A stretch of 64,000 nt of DNA from Alphaproteobacteria bacterium (GCA_017505705.1 JAFVOS010000011.1:45449-109448), one strand, 5' to 3'. Positions 37,374 through 48,363 are shown, counted from the first letter of the stretch. Numbers and translations are program-made. The notes: generated from the letters alone by a model not told the origin.

Positions 37374-39698
37374 TTATAAAACTTGACGTTTACCACTGGC
37401 ATCTGGGGCACTGATAATACCTTCTTGTTCCATACGTTCGATAAATCCAGCCGCCTTGTTATACCCAACCCCCAACCTGCGTTGAACATATGAAATTGTT
37501 GGTTTTTTATCACGCAACACCACTTCTTTTGCCTGTTCATACAGGTCGGCATTCTTTTCTGCCTTAACCTCTGCGGCGGATGGTGCAGGCGCCCCACCAC
37601 CTGCGATTTCTTCGCCTTCTGTGACACCGGCGGCATATTCTGGTGCCCCCTGGGCACGCAGGAAATTACCAATTCGTGTCAATTCATCATCAGCAATAAA
37701 TGCCCCATGAATACGAACTGGCACACGTCCTGCCTCACTAAACAACATATCACCACATGCCAACAATTGTTCTGCCCCACCTTCACCCAGGGTCGTTGCA
37801 CTGTCGATACGGCTGCGTGCCTGGAAAGATACACGTGTTGGGAAATTCGCTTTTATCACACCTGTAATGGTGGTTGCGTCTGGTCGCTGTGTCGCCATAA
37901 CCAGGTGAATTCCCGCTGCACGTGCCTTTTGCGCAATACGCTGAACACACGCTTCAACCTCTTTACGTGCCAGACTCATCAAATCTGCAACCTCGTCAAT
38001 AATAATGACAATATACGACATATCAGACAAATCTATTTCCTGGGTTTCGAACAACAGTTCCCCAGTTTCTTCGTCTGTACCAACGGCGACCTGCTTGGTC
38101 AATTTTTCACCAGCCGCCCTTTTTTGTGCTGCGATTTCATTATAACTTTCAATATTTCGTGCATTCAGAACCTGTAATTGCTTATACCGTTCTTCCATTT
38201 CACGCACCGCCCATTTCAGCGCATTAACCGCCGCTGCCGGGTCCAATTTTACAATTGGTGTAATAAGATGTGGAATCTCATCCCAGAACCCAAAATCCAC
38301 CCCTTTTGGGTCAATAATCATCAGTTTACACTTATCTGGTGTAAAATGATAAACAATAGATGTGATAATAGACTGAACAAAAACAGACTTACCAGATCCC
38401 GTACGCCCTGCAATCAACATATGCGGCATCTTTGCCAAATCGAAATACATTGGATTTCCACCAATATCAACCCCCAGTGCCAATGGTATCTTGTATTTTG
38501 ATTCTATAAACACCTGGTTTTCAATCAGTCCACGATACCGCACCGTCTGGCGATTCAGATTTACCATTTCAACACCAACAAAATTAGTACGTGGAATATG
38601 TGCAATACGAATATTTTCTGTTGCCATTGCACGCGTCATATCTTTAACGGTCTTGGTAATATCCACCATACGCATACCACTGTCTGGTTCAAATTCATAC
38701 AGCGTCACAATTGGCCCAGGCTTAATACCAACAACCCTGCCGCGCACGCCATATTCTGCAAAGTGCACCTCCATATTTTTTGCATTCTGCTTTAATTCTG
38801 GCGTCACAACACATTTACCAAAATTAGATTTTTCTAAAAACTTAGGATCTGGCAACGGATAATCACACATTGCAATATTTGAACGCATTGCCACAGCTGC
38901 ACTGACCGCACGTGTTGCCCGTTTTTTTGCAGTACGTTGTTTTGGCTGCACATCTTTATCATCTGTTTCATCATCTGCATCATCTTCTTGCGCATCTGAC
39001 TGTGCTTGCTGTTCTTCTTCGCCGAACTTTTTACAACATTCCACCCGACCAGACAAATGGAACGCAGCCAAAATCCAGCACACACAACGCCAAAAATAAC
39101 GCACAACAACATTTACATGTACCCATTTTATATGCAACAATCGGGCACCAATCAGCACAAATCCCGCAATTAATATCAACCCTGAAACAACGGCCCCAAC
39201 CGTCCCCAGCAATGGCACCAAATCATTTGCGACAATCGCCCCGGCCAACCCACCAAATGTCGCAGACGGCACCAGTAAACCAAACCCAGACGCCCCAATA
39301 AATGTTGCAATAAATCCACGTAAAATATTATATTCTGGTGCGGTATCATCGGTCCATTTTACCATTAATGCCAATCCGCCACGTATCATGCACAAAAAGA
39401 CAAACAATGTCGGCATAAAGCCAATCGCATATCGTAAAAAACCAACAATTTGCCCAATCCAAGACTGATTACCAAACGTGCTGGCGGCGGCAAACCCATC
39501 CAGGTATGGATTGTGAAAAAACAGTCCCCACACCAAACACAGTCCCAACAACATTAAACATGCGCCAAACACACGCCACGCCATACTTTTCAGCGCCCCA
39601 GACATACGTTCTGGCAAAAATCTTGAATTATTACTCATGCGATGCATTTTATCATAATTTTTAGTAAAAAAACAGGCGATAAATTTATCGCCATGCAA
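37374..39698 (-). CDS. ftsK: DNA translocase FtsK
   Basis: 774 aa. N-terminal TM domain, acidic linker (DDADDETDDKD), motor domain with HMLIAGRTGSGKSV Walker A, and a C-terminal gamma winged-helix (...VQRRLGVGYNKAAGFIERMEQEGII...). Confidence 0.9.
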   Translation of the reverse strand: MHGDKFIACFFTKNYDKMHRMSNNSRFLPERMSGALKSMAWRVFGACLMLLGLCLVWGLFFHNPYLDGFAAASTFGNQSWIGQIVGFLRYAIGFMPTLFVFLCMIRGGLALMVKWTDDTAPEYNILRGFIATFIGASGFGLLVPSATFGGLAGAIVANDLVPLLGTVGAVVSGLILIAGFVLIGARLLHIKWVHVNVVVRYFWRCVCWILAAFHLSGRVECCKKFGEEEQQAQSDAQEDDADDETDDKDVQPKQRTAKKRATRAVSAAVAMRSNIAMCDYPLPDPKFLEKSNFGKCVVTPELKQNAKNMEVHFAEYGVRGRVVGIKPGPIVTLYEFEPDSGMRMVDITKTVKDMTRAMATENIRIAHIPRTNFVGVEMVNLNRQTVRYRGLIENQVFIESKYKIPLALGVDIGGNPMYFDLAKMPHMLIAGRTGSGKSVFVQSIITSIVYHFTPDKCKLMIIDPKGVDFGFWDEIPHLITPIVKLDPAAAVNALKWAVREMEERYKQLQVLNARNIESYNEIAAQKRAAGEKLTKQVAVGTDEETGELLFETQEIDLSDMSYIVIIIDEVADLMSLARKEVEACVQRIAQKARAAGIHLVMATQRPDATTITGVIKANFPTRVSFQARSRIDSATTLGEGGAEQLLACGDMLFSEAGRVPVRIHGAFIADDELTRIGNFLRAQGAPEYAAGVTEGEEIAGGGAPAPSAAEVKAEKNADLYEQAKEVVLRDKKPTISYVQRRLGVGYNKAAGFIERMEQEGIISAPDASGKRQVL

Positions 39699-39712
39699 AA
39701 TTATTTACATCA

Positions 39713-40411
39713 TTATGCTTTTGCAAGCTTTTTCATAAACAGCCATTTTACAATATCTGCCACAACCATACCAATAAAAGCCCCTAAAATCACATCACTG
39801 AACCAGTGTGCCCCAATACAAATTCGTGACAACCCGACAATCACAGCCAATGTCCATGTAAATGGTTTATATCGTGGTGCCAACATTCCAATCATAACTA
39901 AGCCCGCAAACGTGACCGTTGTATGCCCAGATGGCATTGAATGCCATGCCCACGCAAAACGATCAAATTCTGGAATCTGCCCAGACATTACAAAAACAGG
40001 TCGCAAACGTGCAAATATCACTTTTAACACCCAAACCAACACACTGGCACAAAATACGCTACTAAATATTAAAAACGCATTACTTGTCTTTGTTTTTACA
40101 TAAGTTTCCTTTAAAATATCCATAAACCTAAACTGAATTTTTCGGTTTTTAATTGATTCTATTGTTTTTACGAATCTTTTTAAACCATATACCGCAAAAA
40201 CAATCGCCGTCACCAGCAACCAAAGTTTAGCATCAAAAACCTGCCCCAAAATTCGCCATAAATTCCAGTCGTTAACATTAGCTGTCAGCATATAGATGCG
40301 TTCATCCAAACAGCAAATACCAATCAAAACCAAACACAATGTGACCAGTGTCCCCCACCCCATACGTCGCCACAAAATATTATTATCTGTTGTTAAGAAC
40401 ATAATTTTCAC
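39713..40411 (-). CDS. PAP2-family lipid phosphatase (PgpB/LpxE-like)
   Basis: 232 aa polytopic. PAP2 motifs KxxxxxxRP-like (FARLRP), PSGH (MPSGHTTV) and SRxxxxxHxxxD (LSRICIGAHWFSDV). Confidence 0.7.
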   Translation of the reverse strand: MKIMFLTTDNNILWRRMGWGTLVTLCLVLIGICCLDERIYMLTANVNDWNLWRILGQVFDAKLWLLVTAIVFAVYGLKRFVKTIESIKNRKIQFRFMDILKETYVKTKTSNAFLIFSSVFCASVLVWVLKVIFARLRPVFVMSGQIPEFDRFAWAWHSMPSGHTTVTFAGLVMIGMLAPRYKPFTWTLAVIVGLSRICIGAHWFSDVILGAFIGMVVADIVKWLFMKKLAKA

Positions 40412-40416
40412 CTATT

Positions 40417-41958
40417 TTATTCTGCCACCAGTCGATTATACACCTTGGTATCTGTCAATATCTTCGCCGCCACAGCCGCCACCAGCGCATCTTCATCTGC
40501 GCCACTGACAATCACTGGACACCCCTTACGTATAACATCTGGATTAACTGTCACATCCTTATTGAAATCTTGTGCATGAAAATCATTATTTAACACATTC
40601 AAGAAAAAAGCATTCTGTTGCTGTGACGACCTAATATTAGATAAGCATACAATTGGAAAGACCCCACGCCCATCTAATTTTCGTCCGTTTCCTGTCTTAA
40701 TCGATTTGTTCAGCAATTCCAATGCCCCACCATTACTCAGGTTTATACGTGATGCAATGCGTGCATTCCCAGCAGTTGGTGTACCAATTAAAACCCCACG
40801 TTCATTTTCGTATATCGCCGCCACCAATGCTTCTGCGGTGCCACGTGTCATATTAGACATAACAACCACCATTGGTACATTTGTAATTGCATCACCACCC
40901 GGTACAACTTCTACTTCTTCCATTGCTGTTTCTTGGATACGCATAACAGGTTTTTGCCCAATAAACAGCCCTGCCAATTTTGCTGCAGCCCGTTCATCAT
41001 CACCCGTCGCAGCCCGCAAATCCAATATAATACCTGTTATATCTGGATATTTTGCCAACGCTTCATTAATAATCGCCACTGAATTATCGCTAAGCTTATG
41101 AACAATTATTTCCAAAATTCCGCCAGTATCCTGGGCCGAACGATGAATAATATCTGCATCTGCCAAGACCACCGTTGCCCGGCGCAGCACAACATCACGC
41201 CCCCCCCTTTCAGACAGTACATGCACCTTGGACGTCCCCGAATTGAAACCCGACATCGCAGCAGCAATTTGTACATCCGACATATTTGCAACCGCCACGC
41301 CATTTATCTTTGTAATTAAATCATTGGCACGAATTCCTGCAACATCTGCTGGCGCCCCTTTGAACACCCCTGTCACACGAAAATTTCCACGATTATCACG
41401 TCCACCTTCCAATCCAACACTGGTCAAGATACGCCCATCTTCTGTAATTTCTGCATCCCTGGAATAAATATACCGCCCCTGTTCATCAATTCCTTGCATC
41501 AGGCTATCTACAACCACCTGATACATTGCATTTTCAGACAAACCACGCAAATAAGGGTCAACCCCACGCAGCTTTAAAATCAAAGCCGTTGTTATTTCAC
41601 CAAATCCATTCCAATCTGCCACTGCTGGGCGTGGATAATTTGCAATAATATCATCCTGCCACACTAACACGACTCGTTCATCTGTTGCTGCAACATGCGC
41701 AGATTTATTTAAATTTTCCAGGCTTTCAATTGCAATATTAATATTTTTCCCGGCCCAGTTGATATCATTTAATTTTTCATAAATTTCTGCAAAATTTTTT
41801 GAGACATCAAAAACCCTAATTCCATCCTGAACAGGTTCATCTTCAAAGAACAAGCTTTCTGCATGTGCGCCACAACCGGCCCCAATTAAGGCAAAAAACA
41901 TCGTGAATTTTATCAGCATTCTCATCATTGATTTCCCCCTTGGCCGATTGTGACACAT
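40417..41958 (-). CDS. S41 (C-terminal processing/tail-specific) peptidase homolog with PDZ domain; catalytic Ser and Lys apparently substituted
   Basis: 513 aa with signal peptide. PDZ (...GIRANDLITKINGVAVANMSD...). S41 core ...IILDLRAATGDD... and ...SNMTRGTAEALVAAIYENERGVLIGTPTAGNAR... aligns to Prc ...FSASASEIFAAAMQDYGRALVVGEPTFGKG..., with nucleophile Ser to Gly and Lys to Asn. Confidence 0.55.
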   Translation of the reverse strand: MCHNRPRGKSMMRMLIKFTMFFALIGAGCGAHAESLFFEDEPVQDGIRVFDVSKNFAEIYEKLNDINWAGKNINIAIESLENLNKSAHVAATDERVVLVWQDDIIANYPRPAVADWNGFGEITTALILKLRGVDPYLRGLSENAMYQVVVDSLMQGIDEQGRYIYSRDAEITEDGRILTSVGLEGGRDNRGNFRVTGVFKGAPADVAGIRANDLITKINGVAVANMSDVQIAAAMSGFNSGTSKVHVLSERGGRDVVLRRATVVLADADIIHRSAQDTGGILEIIVHKLSDNSVAIINEALAKYPDITGIILDLRAATGDDERAAAKLAGLFIGQKPVMRIQETAMEEVEVVPGGDAITNVPMVVVMSNMTRGTAEALVAAIYENERGVLIGTPTAGNARIASRINLSNGGALELLNKSIKTGNGRKLDGRGVFPIVCLSNIRSSQQQNAFFLNVLNNDFHAQDFNKDVTVNPDVIRKGCPVIVSGADEDALVAAVAAKILTDTKVYNRLVAE

Positions 41959-41969
41959 ATAAATATGTA

Positions 41970-42854
41970 TTATTTTTTACTTTCCCCACGCAAATCAAAG
42001 TTCATCAATACCACATTTGAAATATAGATACTGGTAAAAGTACCCATAATGATACTGAATGTCATTGCGATTGCAAAATCCCGCAGCACTTCACCACTGA
42101 ACAAATACAGCCCCAACATTGCCAGCAATGTAGATACACTGGTCATCATAGTACGACGAAACATTTCATTAATTGATAAGTCAATCAAATCCGGCAACGG
42201 CATTTTGTGGTACTTTTTGATATTCTCTTCTATACGGTCATAGTTTACAACCTTGTCATTAATAGAATACCCAATACCCGTTAAAATAACCGCAATTGCT
42301 GTCTGATTAAATTCCAGACCTGTAATTGAAAAGAACCCAAACATTAAAATAAAATCCAAGAACAATGACACCAGCGCACCAACCGCATACCCCCCACGAT
42401 AGCGCACCCATACATACACAGCCATCATCAAGAACGCAAACAAAATTGCCAAGATACCACCACGTACCAATTCGCCACCAATCTTGGGTCCAACGATTTG
42501 TACCTGGGAATACTGCACATCATCACCTAAAATATTTTTTATCTGTGCGACACGTTCGTTTTGCTGTACATCTGTCACCCCTTTGGGCAAACCAACCCTG
42601 ATTAAAATTGATTTGCCATCAATTTGTTGTAATTCCGGACTAAATTCAGACAATTCTGAACGCATTTTATCAATGGTCATAGATTCTACAACCGGCGTCA
42701 CTTCCATTGAAATACCACCAGAAAAATCAATACCATAATTAAAACCACGTATCAAAATAGACAACACTGACAATACCAACAGTGTCCCCGAAATAATATA
42801 CGATAACTTACGATATTTCATAAAATGCAGTTTCATAACATTTCCCCTTTGCAT
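41970..42854 (-). CDS. secF: Protein-export membrane protein SecF
   Basis: 294 aa. ...GFNYGIDFSGGISMEV... is the SecF N-terminal signature. Six TM segments. Confidence 0.9.
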   Translation of the reverse strand: MQRGNVMKLHFMKYRKLSYIISGTLLVLSVLSILIRGFNYGIDFSGGISMEVTPVVESMTIDKMRSELSEFSPELQQIDGKSILIRVGLPKGVTDVQQNERVAQIKNILGDDVQYSQVQIVGPKIGGELVRGGILAILFAFLMMAVYVWVRYRGGYAVGALVSLFLDFILMFGFFSITGLEFNQTAIAVILTGIGYSINDKVVNYDRIEENIKKYHKMPLPDLIDLSINEMFRRTMMTSVSTLLAMLGLYLFSGEVLRDFAIAMTFSIIMGTFTSIYISNVVLMNFDLRGESKK

Positions 42855-42857
42855 TTA

Positions 42858-44411
42858 TTATTTAACAAAACCAATCTTTTTATTTTTGCCATTCATGTAC
42901 CAGTCGATTAGTACCTTGGCCAACCAAACACATGTAAACAATGTTGTCAAAATACCAATAGACAAAGTGACTGCAAATCCACGAATTGGCCCTGCTCCGA
43001 ACTGGAACAACACTAATCCACAAATCAATGTAGTCAAATTTCCGTCCAAAACAGTTTTCAAAGACCGATCAAATCCCATATTTACCGCACGCAACGTCGG
43101 AACACCGGCCTTAACCTCGTCCCTGATACGTTCAAACGGCAAGATATTTGCGTCCACCGCCATCCCCAGTGTCAACACAATACCTGCGATACCTGGCAAT
43201 GTCAGTGTCGCCCCAAACAACGCTGTCAACCCGACAATCATCCCCAGGTTTATCATCAACGTCACACTGGCCAGCACACCAAACATACGATATGCAAATA
43301 TCAAGAATATAAAGATAAATATAACACCAACGACTGCGCCAATTTTACCACGTTCAATCGTATCTGCCCCCAGCCCTGCACCAACTGTACGTTCTTCGAT
43401 TACTGTCAACGGTGCTGGCAACGCCCCGGAACGCAACAACACTGCTAAATCTTTGGCGCCCTGCAATGAAAAACCACCTGAAATTTGACCACGCCCCCCA
43501 GGAATTGGTTCACGAATTGTCGGTGCGGACAAAACCTTGCCGTCCAAAACAATTGCAAAACGTTCATTTACATGTTCTGTTGTCAAGCGTGCAAATTTAC
43601 GTGCCCCGGTCGCATCAAATACAGTTGTCACAACCGGCATATTATTTTGATCATAATCCGCCTGAGAATCTTTCAAGGATTCACCCGACACTTCTACACG
43701 TGAATATACCGGCACTTTCTGTTCTGGCATATCCATATATGGCAGAAATTCCGTACCATTTGGTGCACGCCCAGACATTAACTGATCTGGTGAAACATTT
43801 TCATTTACCAAATGAAATGTCATTTTTGCTGTCTGACCAATCAGTTGCTTAATATGTTCTGGGTTATCAACGCCAGGCAACTGAACCATAATATATTTAC
43901 CACCCTGGCTTTGAATAGATGGCTCCTTGGTTCCCAACGCATCAATACGACGACGAACAATTTCGATGCTTCGTGCCAATGCATCTTTGGTCATTTCTTC
44001 TTTTTGCGCTTCTGAATAAGACAGCGTTATTGTTTTTCCATCAGATGCGATATCTACCGTATTACCAAATGTGCTTTTTAATCTTCCCTTGGCATCGGCC
44101 ACCTGATCTTGTTCACGCACCACCAGCGACACAACACCATCATGATTTCTCAGGTTAGAAAAACGAATAACCCCTTTATCACGATTAATCAGTGCACTGC
44201 GTGTTTCTTCATACAACTGTTCTGCCTTTTCTTGGAACATAGTAGCTGTATCAACCTCCAGCAACAGCTGGGCACCACCTTTCAAGTCCAACCCCAGTGG
44301 CACAGGTTCAATCCATTTTGGAAAATACGGTGCCAGATTTGGCGCCATTGTCGGCACAGCCAACAGAACACAAAACACTGCTGTAAAAATAATAGCCAGT
44401 TTTTTAAACAT
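42858..44411 (-). CDS. secD: Protein-export membrane protein SecD
   Basis: 517 aa. ...LGLDLKGGAQLLLEVD... and a large periplasmic loop. Lies immediately upstream of secF. Confidence 0.9.
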   Translation of the reverse strand: MFKKLAIIFTAVFCVLLAVPTMAPNLAPYFPKWIEPVPLGLDLKGGAQLLLEVDTATMFQEKAEQLYEETRSALINRDKGVIRFSNLRNHDGVVSLVVREQDQVADAKGRLKSTFGNTVDIASDGKTITLSYSEAQKEEMTKDALARSIEIVRRRIDALGTKEPSIQSQGGKYIMVQLPGVDNPEHIKQLIGQTAKMTFHLVNENVSPDQLMSGRAPNGTEFLPYMDMPEQKVPVYSRVEVSGESLKDSQADYDQNNMPVVTTVFDATGARKFARLTTEHVNERFAIVLDGKVLSAPTIREPIPGGRGQISGGFSLQGAKDLAVLLRSGALPAPLTVIEERTVGAGLGADTIERGKIGAVVGVIFIFIFLIFAYRMFGVLASVTLMINLGMIVGLTALFGATLTLPGIAGIVLTLGMAVDANILPFERIRDEVKAGVPTLRAVNMGFDRSLKTVLDGNLTTLICGLVLFQFGAGPIRGFAVTLSIGILTTLFTCVWLAKVLIDWYMNGKNKKIGFVK

Positions 44412-44427
44412 ACCACACTTCCTTTAC

Positions 44428-44739
44428 TTATTCGACAGACGCCACTGCATTTTTATTTACTTCAATAACAACGCCCTTTGCGACTTCCAGTTCGATTGAT
44501 TTTTCATTGATTTTTTTAATAGTGCCATAAATACCAGCCGCCATTACACGATTACCAACCTGTAATGAATCAAGCATTTTCTGATATTCTGCCATACGCT
44601 TTTTATTTGGGCGTACCATAAACAAATAGATAATCCCAAACACAACAACCAGATACAAAACCATACCCCACACACTGCCCTGTTGGGCAACATCGGCGGT
44701 CTGTACCGCATTATCAACAACAACTGCTGCTTGTTCCAT
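44428..44739 (-). CDS. yajC: Preprotein translocase subunit YajC
   Basis: 103 aa. ...VFGIIYLFMVRPNKKRMAEYQKMLDSLQVGNRVMAAGIYGTIKKI... Lies upstream of secD. Confidence 0.85.
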   Translation of the reverse strand: MEQAAVVVDNAVQTADVAQQGSVWGMVLYLVVVFGIIYLFMVRPNKKRMAEYQKMLDSLQVGNRVMAAGIYGTIKKINEKSIELEVAKGVVIEVNKNAVASVE

Positions 44740-44804
44740 ATAAATTCTCCTTACTTTAATACTGGCACAATAGTAAAAAAACCTAGAAAAGTAAAGGACA
44801 AATA

Positions 44805-46577
44805 CTATCTTTCAAACCAACTATCAATTTCTGTTATTGGAAAGAATTTATAAACAGGACGCCCATGATTACACTGTCCCCCACGTTCGGTATTTTCAAT
44901 ATCACGCAACAGCGCATCCATTTGATGTATGTCCAATTTTTGTCCCGCCCGCACAGAATGATGACACGCATAGTTTGCCAGTTTTAAATGCAACTTTTCA
45001 CCCAATCCCGATGAATGACCATTGGCACGAACCTCTTCTGCAACAGATTTTACTAATTTTCCCCAATCAAAATCCCAATCCGCAGGCTTTTCGAAAATCG
45101 CAATTGCATCATCACCAAATGCATCAATATGCACACCCGACGCACGCATTTCATCTGAAACAGACAAAATTGCAGCCACATCTTCTTCACGCAAATTAAT
45201 CACAATCGGGGTTAACAACGGCTGGCTTTTAATTGCATGATTACGCAACTTTTCATACGTAATACGCTCATGCGCAGCATGCTGATCGATAACAACCATC
45301 GAATCTGCGGTCTGTGCAATAATATATTTATTACCAACCTGCCCGACAACACGCCCCAGCGGCATATCATCAAACACATGAACATTATTATCAACTTGCG
45401 CTTGTTCAAAATCGGTCTTTACGCATGATTCTGTGGCTTGTGGCATTTTTTGACACGCTGGCGCCGCAACCATAAAAGCCCCCGGAATCAACCCAAAATC
45501 AAATCTTTCTGGCGCCACCCCCTGTGGTTTAAATCCCCCATTGTTTACACCACGATTTACGTTATGCGTTTCACCTGTCTGATTTTTCGCAACCACCGGT
45601 TGTTGCATTGTTTGTGCCAATCTGTCACGCAAATTCTTGATAATAAACGCTCTTACATGCGCTGGTTCCAGAAAATGCACCTCTGTCTTGGCTGGCGAAA
45701 CATTGACGTCAACCGCATGTGAATCCAAGGTCAAATACAACGCACACAAAGGAAATTCACGTGCATGCATAACATCCATATACGCTGCCCGTAACGCAGT
45801 CACTAAAACCTTGTCCTTAACCGGTCTGCCATTTACAAATAAATACTGGTCAACACTGGACGCCCGACGCAATGTCGGCTCAGACACAAATCCAGTAATC
45901 TTCAAATTTGATCCGGACAAAGATTTTGCATCTATTTCCAACATACGCCCACGAACATCATCGCCCATAACCGCCGCAATCCGCTCAACCAAATCCTGAT
46001 TTTTCGGGAACCGCCACTTATTATTCAAAACGAAACCAACATCTGTACGTGCCATCGCCAGACGCTTAACAACATCTAATACAGACATCAATTCTGCCCG
46101 ATCTGCCCGCAAAAACTTTAAACGTGCTGGCGTCCGTCCAAACAAGTTTCGCACCCGTATACGTGTCCCCGAATCCCAATCAGACGGTTTTACCTGCATT
46201 GTATTGCAATCCAAATGCCAACCATTTGCATCCACCCCATTACACGTGTCAATTTCCATATCAGATACCGATGCAATTGATGGCAACGCTTCGCCACGAA
46301 ACCCCATAAAGTTAATATTTAACAAATCATCCGTTGGCAATTTAGACGTCGCATGCCGCATGACCGCTGTTTTCAAATCATCACACGACATACCAGCCCC
46401 ATTATCAATAACACTGATAAGGGTACGTCCACCATCAACAACATCTATGACAATTTGGTCTGCCCCTGCGTCCAGCGCATTTTCAACCAACTCCTTTACC
46501 ACACTGGCTGGACGCTCAACAACCTCGCCGGCGGCAATTTGGTTAATCAAAAAATCAGGCAACACACGTACAGACAT
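44805..46577 (-). CDS. mutL: DNA mismatch repair protein MutL
   Basis: 590 aa. N-terminal GHKL ATPase (IAAGEVVERPASVVKELVENALDAGA) and a C-terminal dimerisation domain. Confidence 0.9.
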   Translation of the reverse strand: MSVRVLPDFLINQIAAGEVVERPASVVKELVENALDAGADQIVIDVVDGGRTLISVIDNGAGMSCDDLKTAVMRHATSKLPTDDLLNINFMGFRGEALPSIASVSDMEIDTCNGVDANGWHLDCNTMQVKPSDWDSGTRIRVRNLFGRTPARLKFLRADRAELMSVLDVVKRLAMARTDVGFVLNNKWRFPKNQDLVERIAAVMGDDVRGRMLEIDAKSLSGSNLKITGFVSEPTLRRASSVDQYLFVNGRPVKDKVLVTALRAAYMDVMHAREFPLCALYLTLDSHAVDVNVSPAKTEVHFLEPAHVRAFIIKNLRDRLAQTMQQPVVAKNQTGETHNVNRGVNNGGFKPQGVAPERFDFGLIPGAFMVAAPACQKMPQATESCVKTDFEQAQVDNNVHVFDDMPLGRVVGQVGNKYIIAQTADSMVVIDQHAAHERITYEKLRNHAIKSQPLLTPIVINLREEDVAAILSVSDEMRASGVHIDAFGDDAIAIFEKPADWDFDWGKLVKSVAEEVRANGHSSGLGEKLHLKLANYACHHSVRAGQKLDIHQMDALLRDIENTERGGQCNHGRPVYKFFPITEIDSWFER

Positions 46578-46594
46578 TACTTTAACTTATTGAT

Positions 46595-47089
46595 TTAATC
46601 CTTGAATTTAACTTCTAAAATTTCATATTCTTTTTCGCCACTGGGCAATTTTACAATGCACGTATCACCAACACATCGGCCAATCATCGCACGCCCAACT
46701 GGGGACGTACATGAAATAACCGTACGACCATCTGATTCTATATCAGACAATATACGACATTGCATCAAATTACCATCTTCATCTTCGGCGGTTACACGTG
46801 CCCCAAAAACAACCCTGTTTCCAGACAGACTGTCTATATCAATAATAGCTGCATTTTCTATAACCCCTTCGATAAACTGAATTCGCTTATCAATTTGGCG
46901 TTGTTTTTCTTTGGCAGCGCTGTAATCTGCATTTTCAGACAAATCCCCCAACGAACGTGCCCACTGGACCGTTTTCAAGATTTCTGGACGCTGAACTTCT
47001 TTTAAATCCTTTAATTCTTTGATTAAATTATCAAATCCCGTACGTGATATTGGTCTTTTTTCCATAACCTGTTTCCTATTGTTTTTCAC
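46595..47089 (-). CDS. greA: Transcription elongation factor GreA
   Basis: 164 aa. ...ARSLGDLSENADYSAAKEKQRQIDKRIQFIE... coiled-coil plus C-terminal FKBP-like domain. Start may be the internal MEKRPIS. Confidence 0.85.
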   Translation of the reverse strand: MKNNRKQVMEKRPISRTGFDNLIKELKDLKEVQRPEILKTVQWARSLGDLSENADYSAAKEKQRQIDKRIQFIEGVIENAAIIDIDSLSGNRVVFGARVTAEDEDGNLMQCRILSDIESDGRTVISCTSPVGRAMIGRCVGDTCIVKLPSGEKEYEILEVKFKD

Positions 47090-47154
47090 ATCTGATTATA
47101 AGAATTCATTTTAATTTTGCAATTAGGAAATAAGCAAGCTATAATTCACATATT

Positions 47155-48213
47155 ATGTTAAAAATGAATATCTTAACCAGATTTTTAATGCGTCGCTTTT
47201 TTAGTGGCTTTGGCTTGGTTATGTTGGTCGTATGCGGAATCATATTGGCTGTCACGTTCGTGGAACGTCTGCCATCTAATCCCGACGCAATAAGTGCGCT
47301 TTATGAATCTTGGGTACGCTTATTGGAATATGTCCCCCTGTTTTTACCATTGGCGGTATTTATGGGCACATTACTGGCGTCATACAACCTGACTAAATCC
47401 AGCGAAGGCATCATTGTATCCAGCGCTGGCATGTCACCATATCAATCATCACGCCCATTTTTTATTGGTGCCGCCCTGATTGGCATAATCGCAACAACAT
47501 TAGTTAACCCATATTCCGTCAGCATAAGTGCCAACAACATAACCCCAGACCACTTAAAATTAATCGACCACCAAATTTGGCTGCGTGAGGCATCAGACAC
47601 CAATATCATCACCATGAACGCAGATGCGATGCACAAATCTGGCAATATGTTGATATTTGAGAACACAACAATATTTATACAAAACCCATCATTTAAACTT
47701 ACAGAACGTGTAATCGCCGAAACAATGCGTCTATCGGACGAAGGCCTTAGTGCCAGCAATGCCACCATCTGGGACAGCAATGGCAATAAAACAGAATCCG
47801 AATGGCACACAAAAACCCTACTAACCCCACAAACTGTTCTGGACAGATATTTACAGCCCGATCAGATTTCATTTTGGCAACTGCCTAAATTTATAGAAAA
47901 AATGTCCAACATTGGCGTTCCCGTACGTGGTCACCTGGTACAGTTTTGGACACTATTATTTTTACCAATAACAATGATTGCAATGGCAACACTGGGCGTT
48001 GCATTTTCCCAAACAAAACAGCGCCGTAATTACAGTTTTGGCATTAAATTCAGCATCGGCATAATCACATGTTTTGCAGTATATTTTTTAACAAATATGT
48101 TCAACGCCCTGGGGGCAACTGGGGTATTGCCACCACTGTTGGCCATAATTGCCCCACCCCTTATAATAATTGCAGGCGCTGGCATTTTCATAACCAGTTT
48201 CGACACAATATAA
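47155..48213 (+). CDS. LPS export ABC permease, LptF/LptG (YjgP/YjgQ) family
   Basis: 352 aa. MLKMNILTRFLMRRFFSGFGLVMLVVCGIILAVTF... is the family N-terminus. Six TM segments with a periplasmic loop. Confidence 0.75.
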   Translation: MLKMNILTRFLMRRFFSGFGLVMLVVCGIILAVTFVERLPSNPDAISALYESWVRLLEYVPLFLPLAVFMGTLLASYNLTKSSEGIIVSSAGMSPYQSSRPFFIGAALIGIIATTLVNPYSVSISANNITPDHLKLIDHQIWLREASDTNIITMNADAMHKSGNMLIFENTTIFIQNPSFKLTERVIAETMRLSDEGLSASNATIWDSNGNKTESEWHTKTLLTPQTVLDRYLQPDQISFWQLPKFIEKMSNIGVPVRGHLVQFWTLLFLPITMIAMATLGVAFSQTKQRRNYSFGIKFSIGIITCFAVYFLTNMFNALGATGVLPPLLAIIAPPLIIIAGAGIFITSFDTI

Positions 48214-48363
48214 CTAATCAAGGTACCAAAACATGCCACTTAAAAGAAAGAAAAAGCCAACATTCCGCAACATAGTTATATGGCTGTTGATATTATCTGT
48301 TTTAGCATTAATGATAATATCATTTGCCCCCGTACAACATATGAATGAAATCGTTGTATACCC

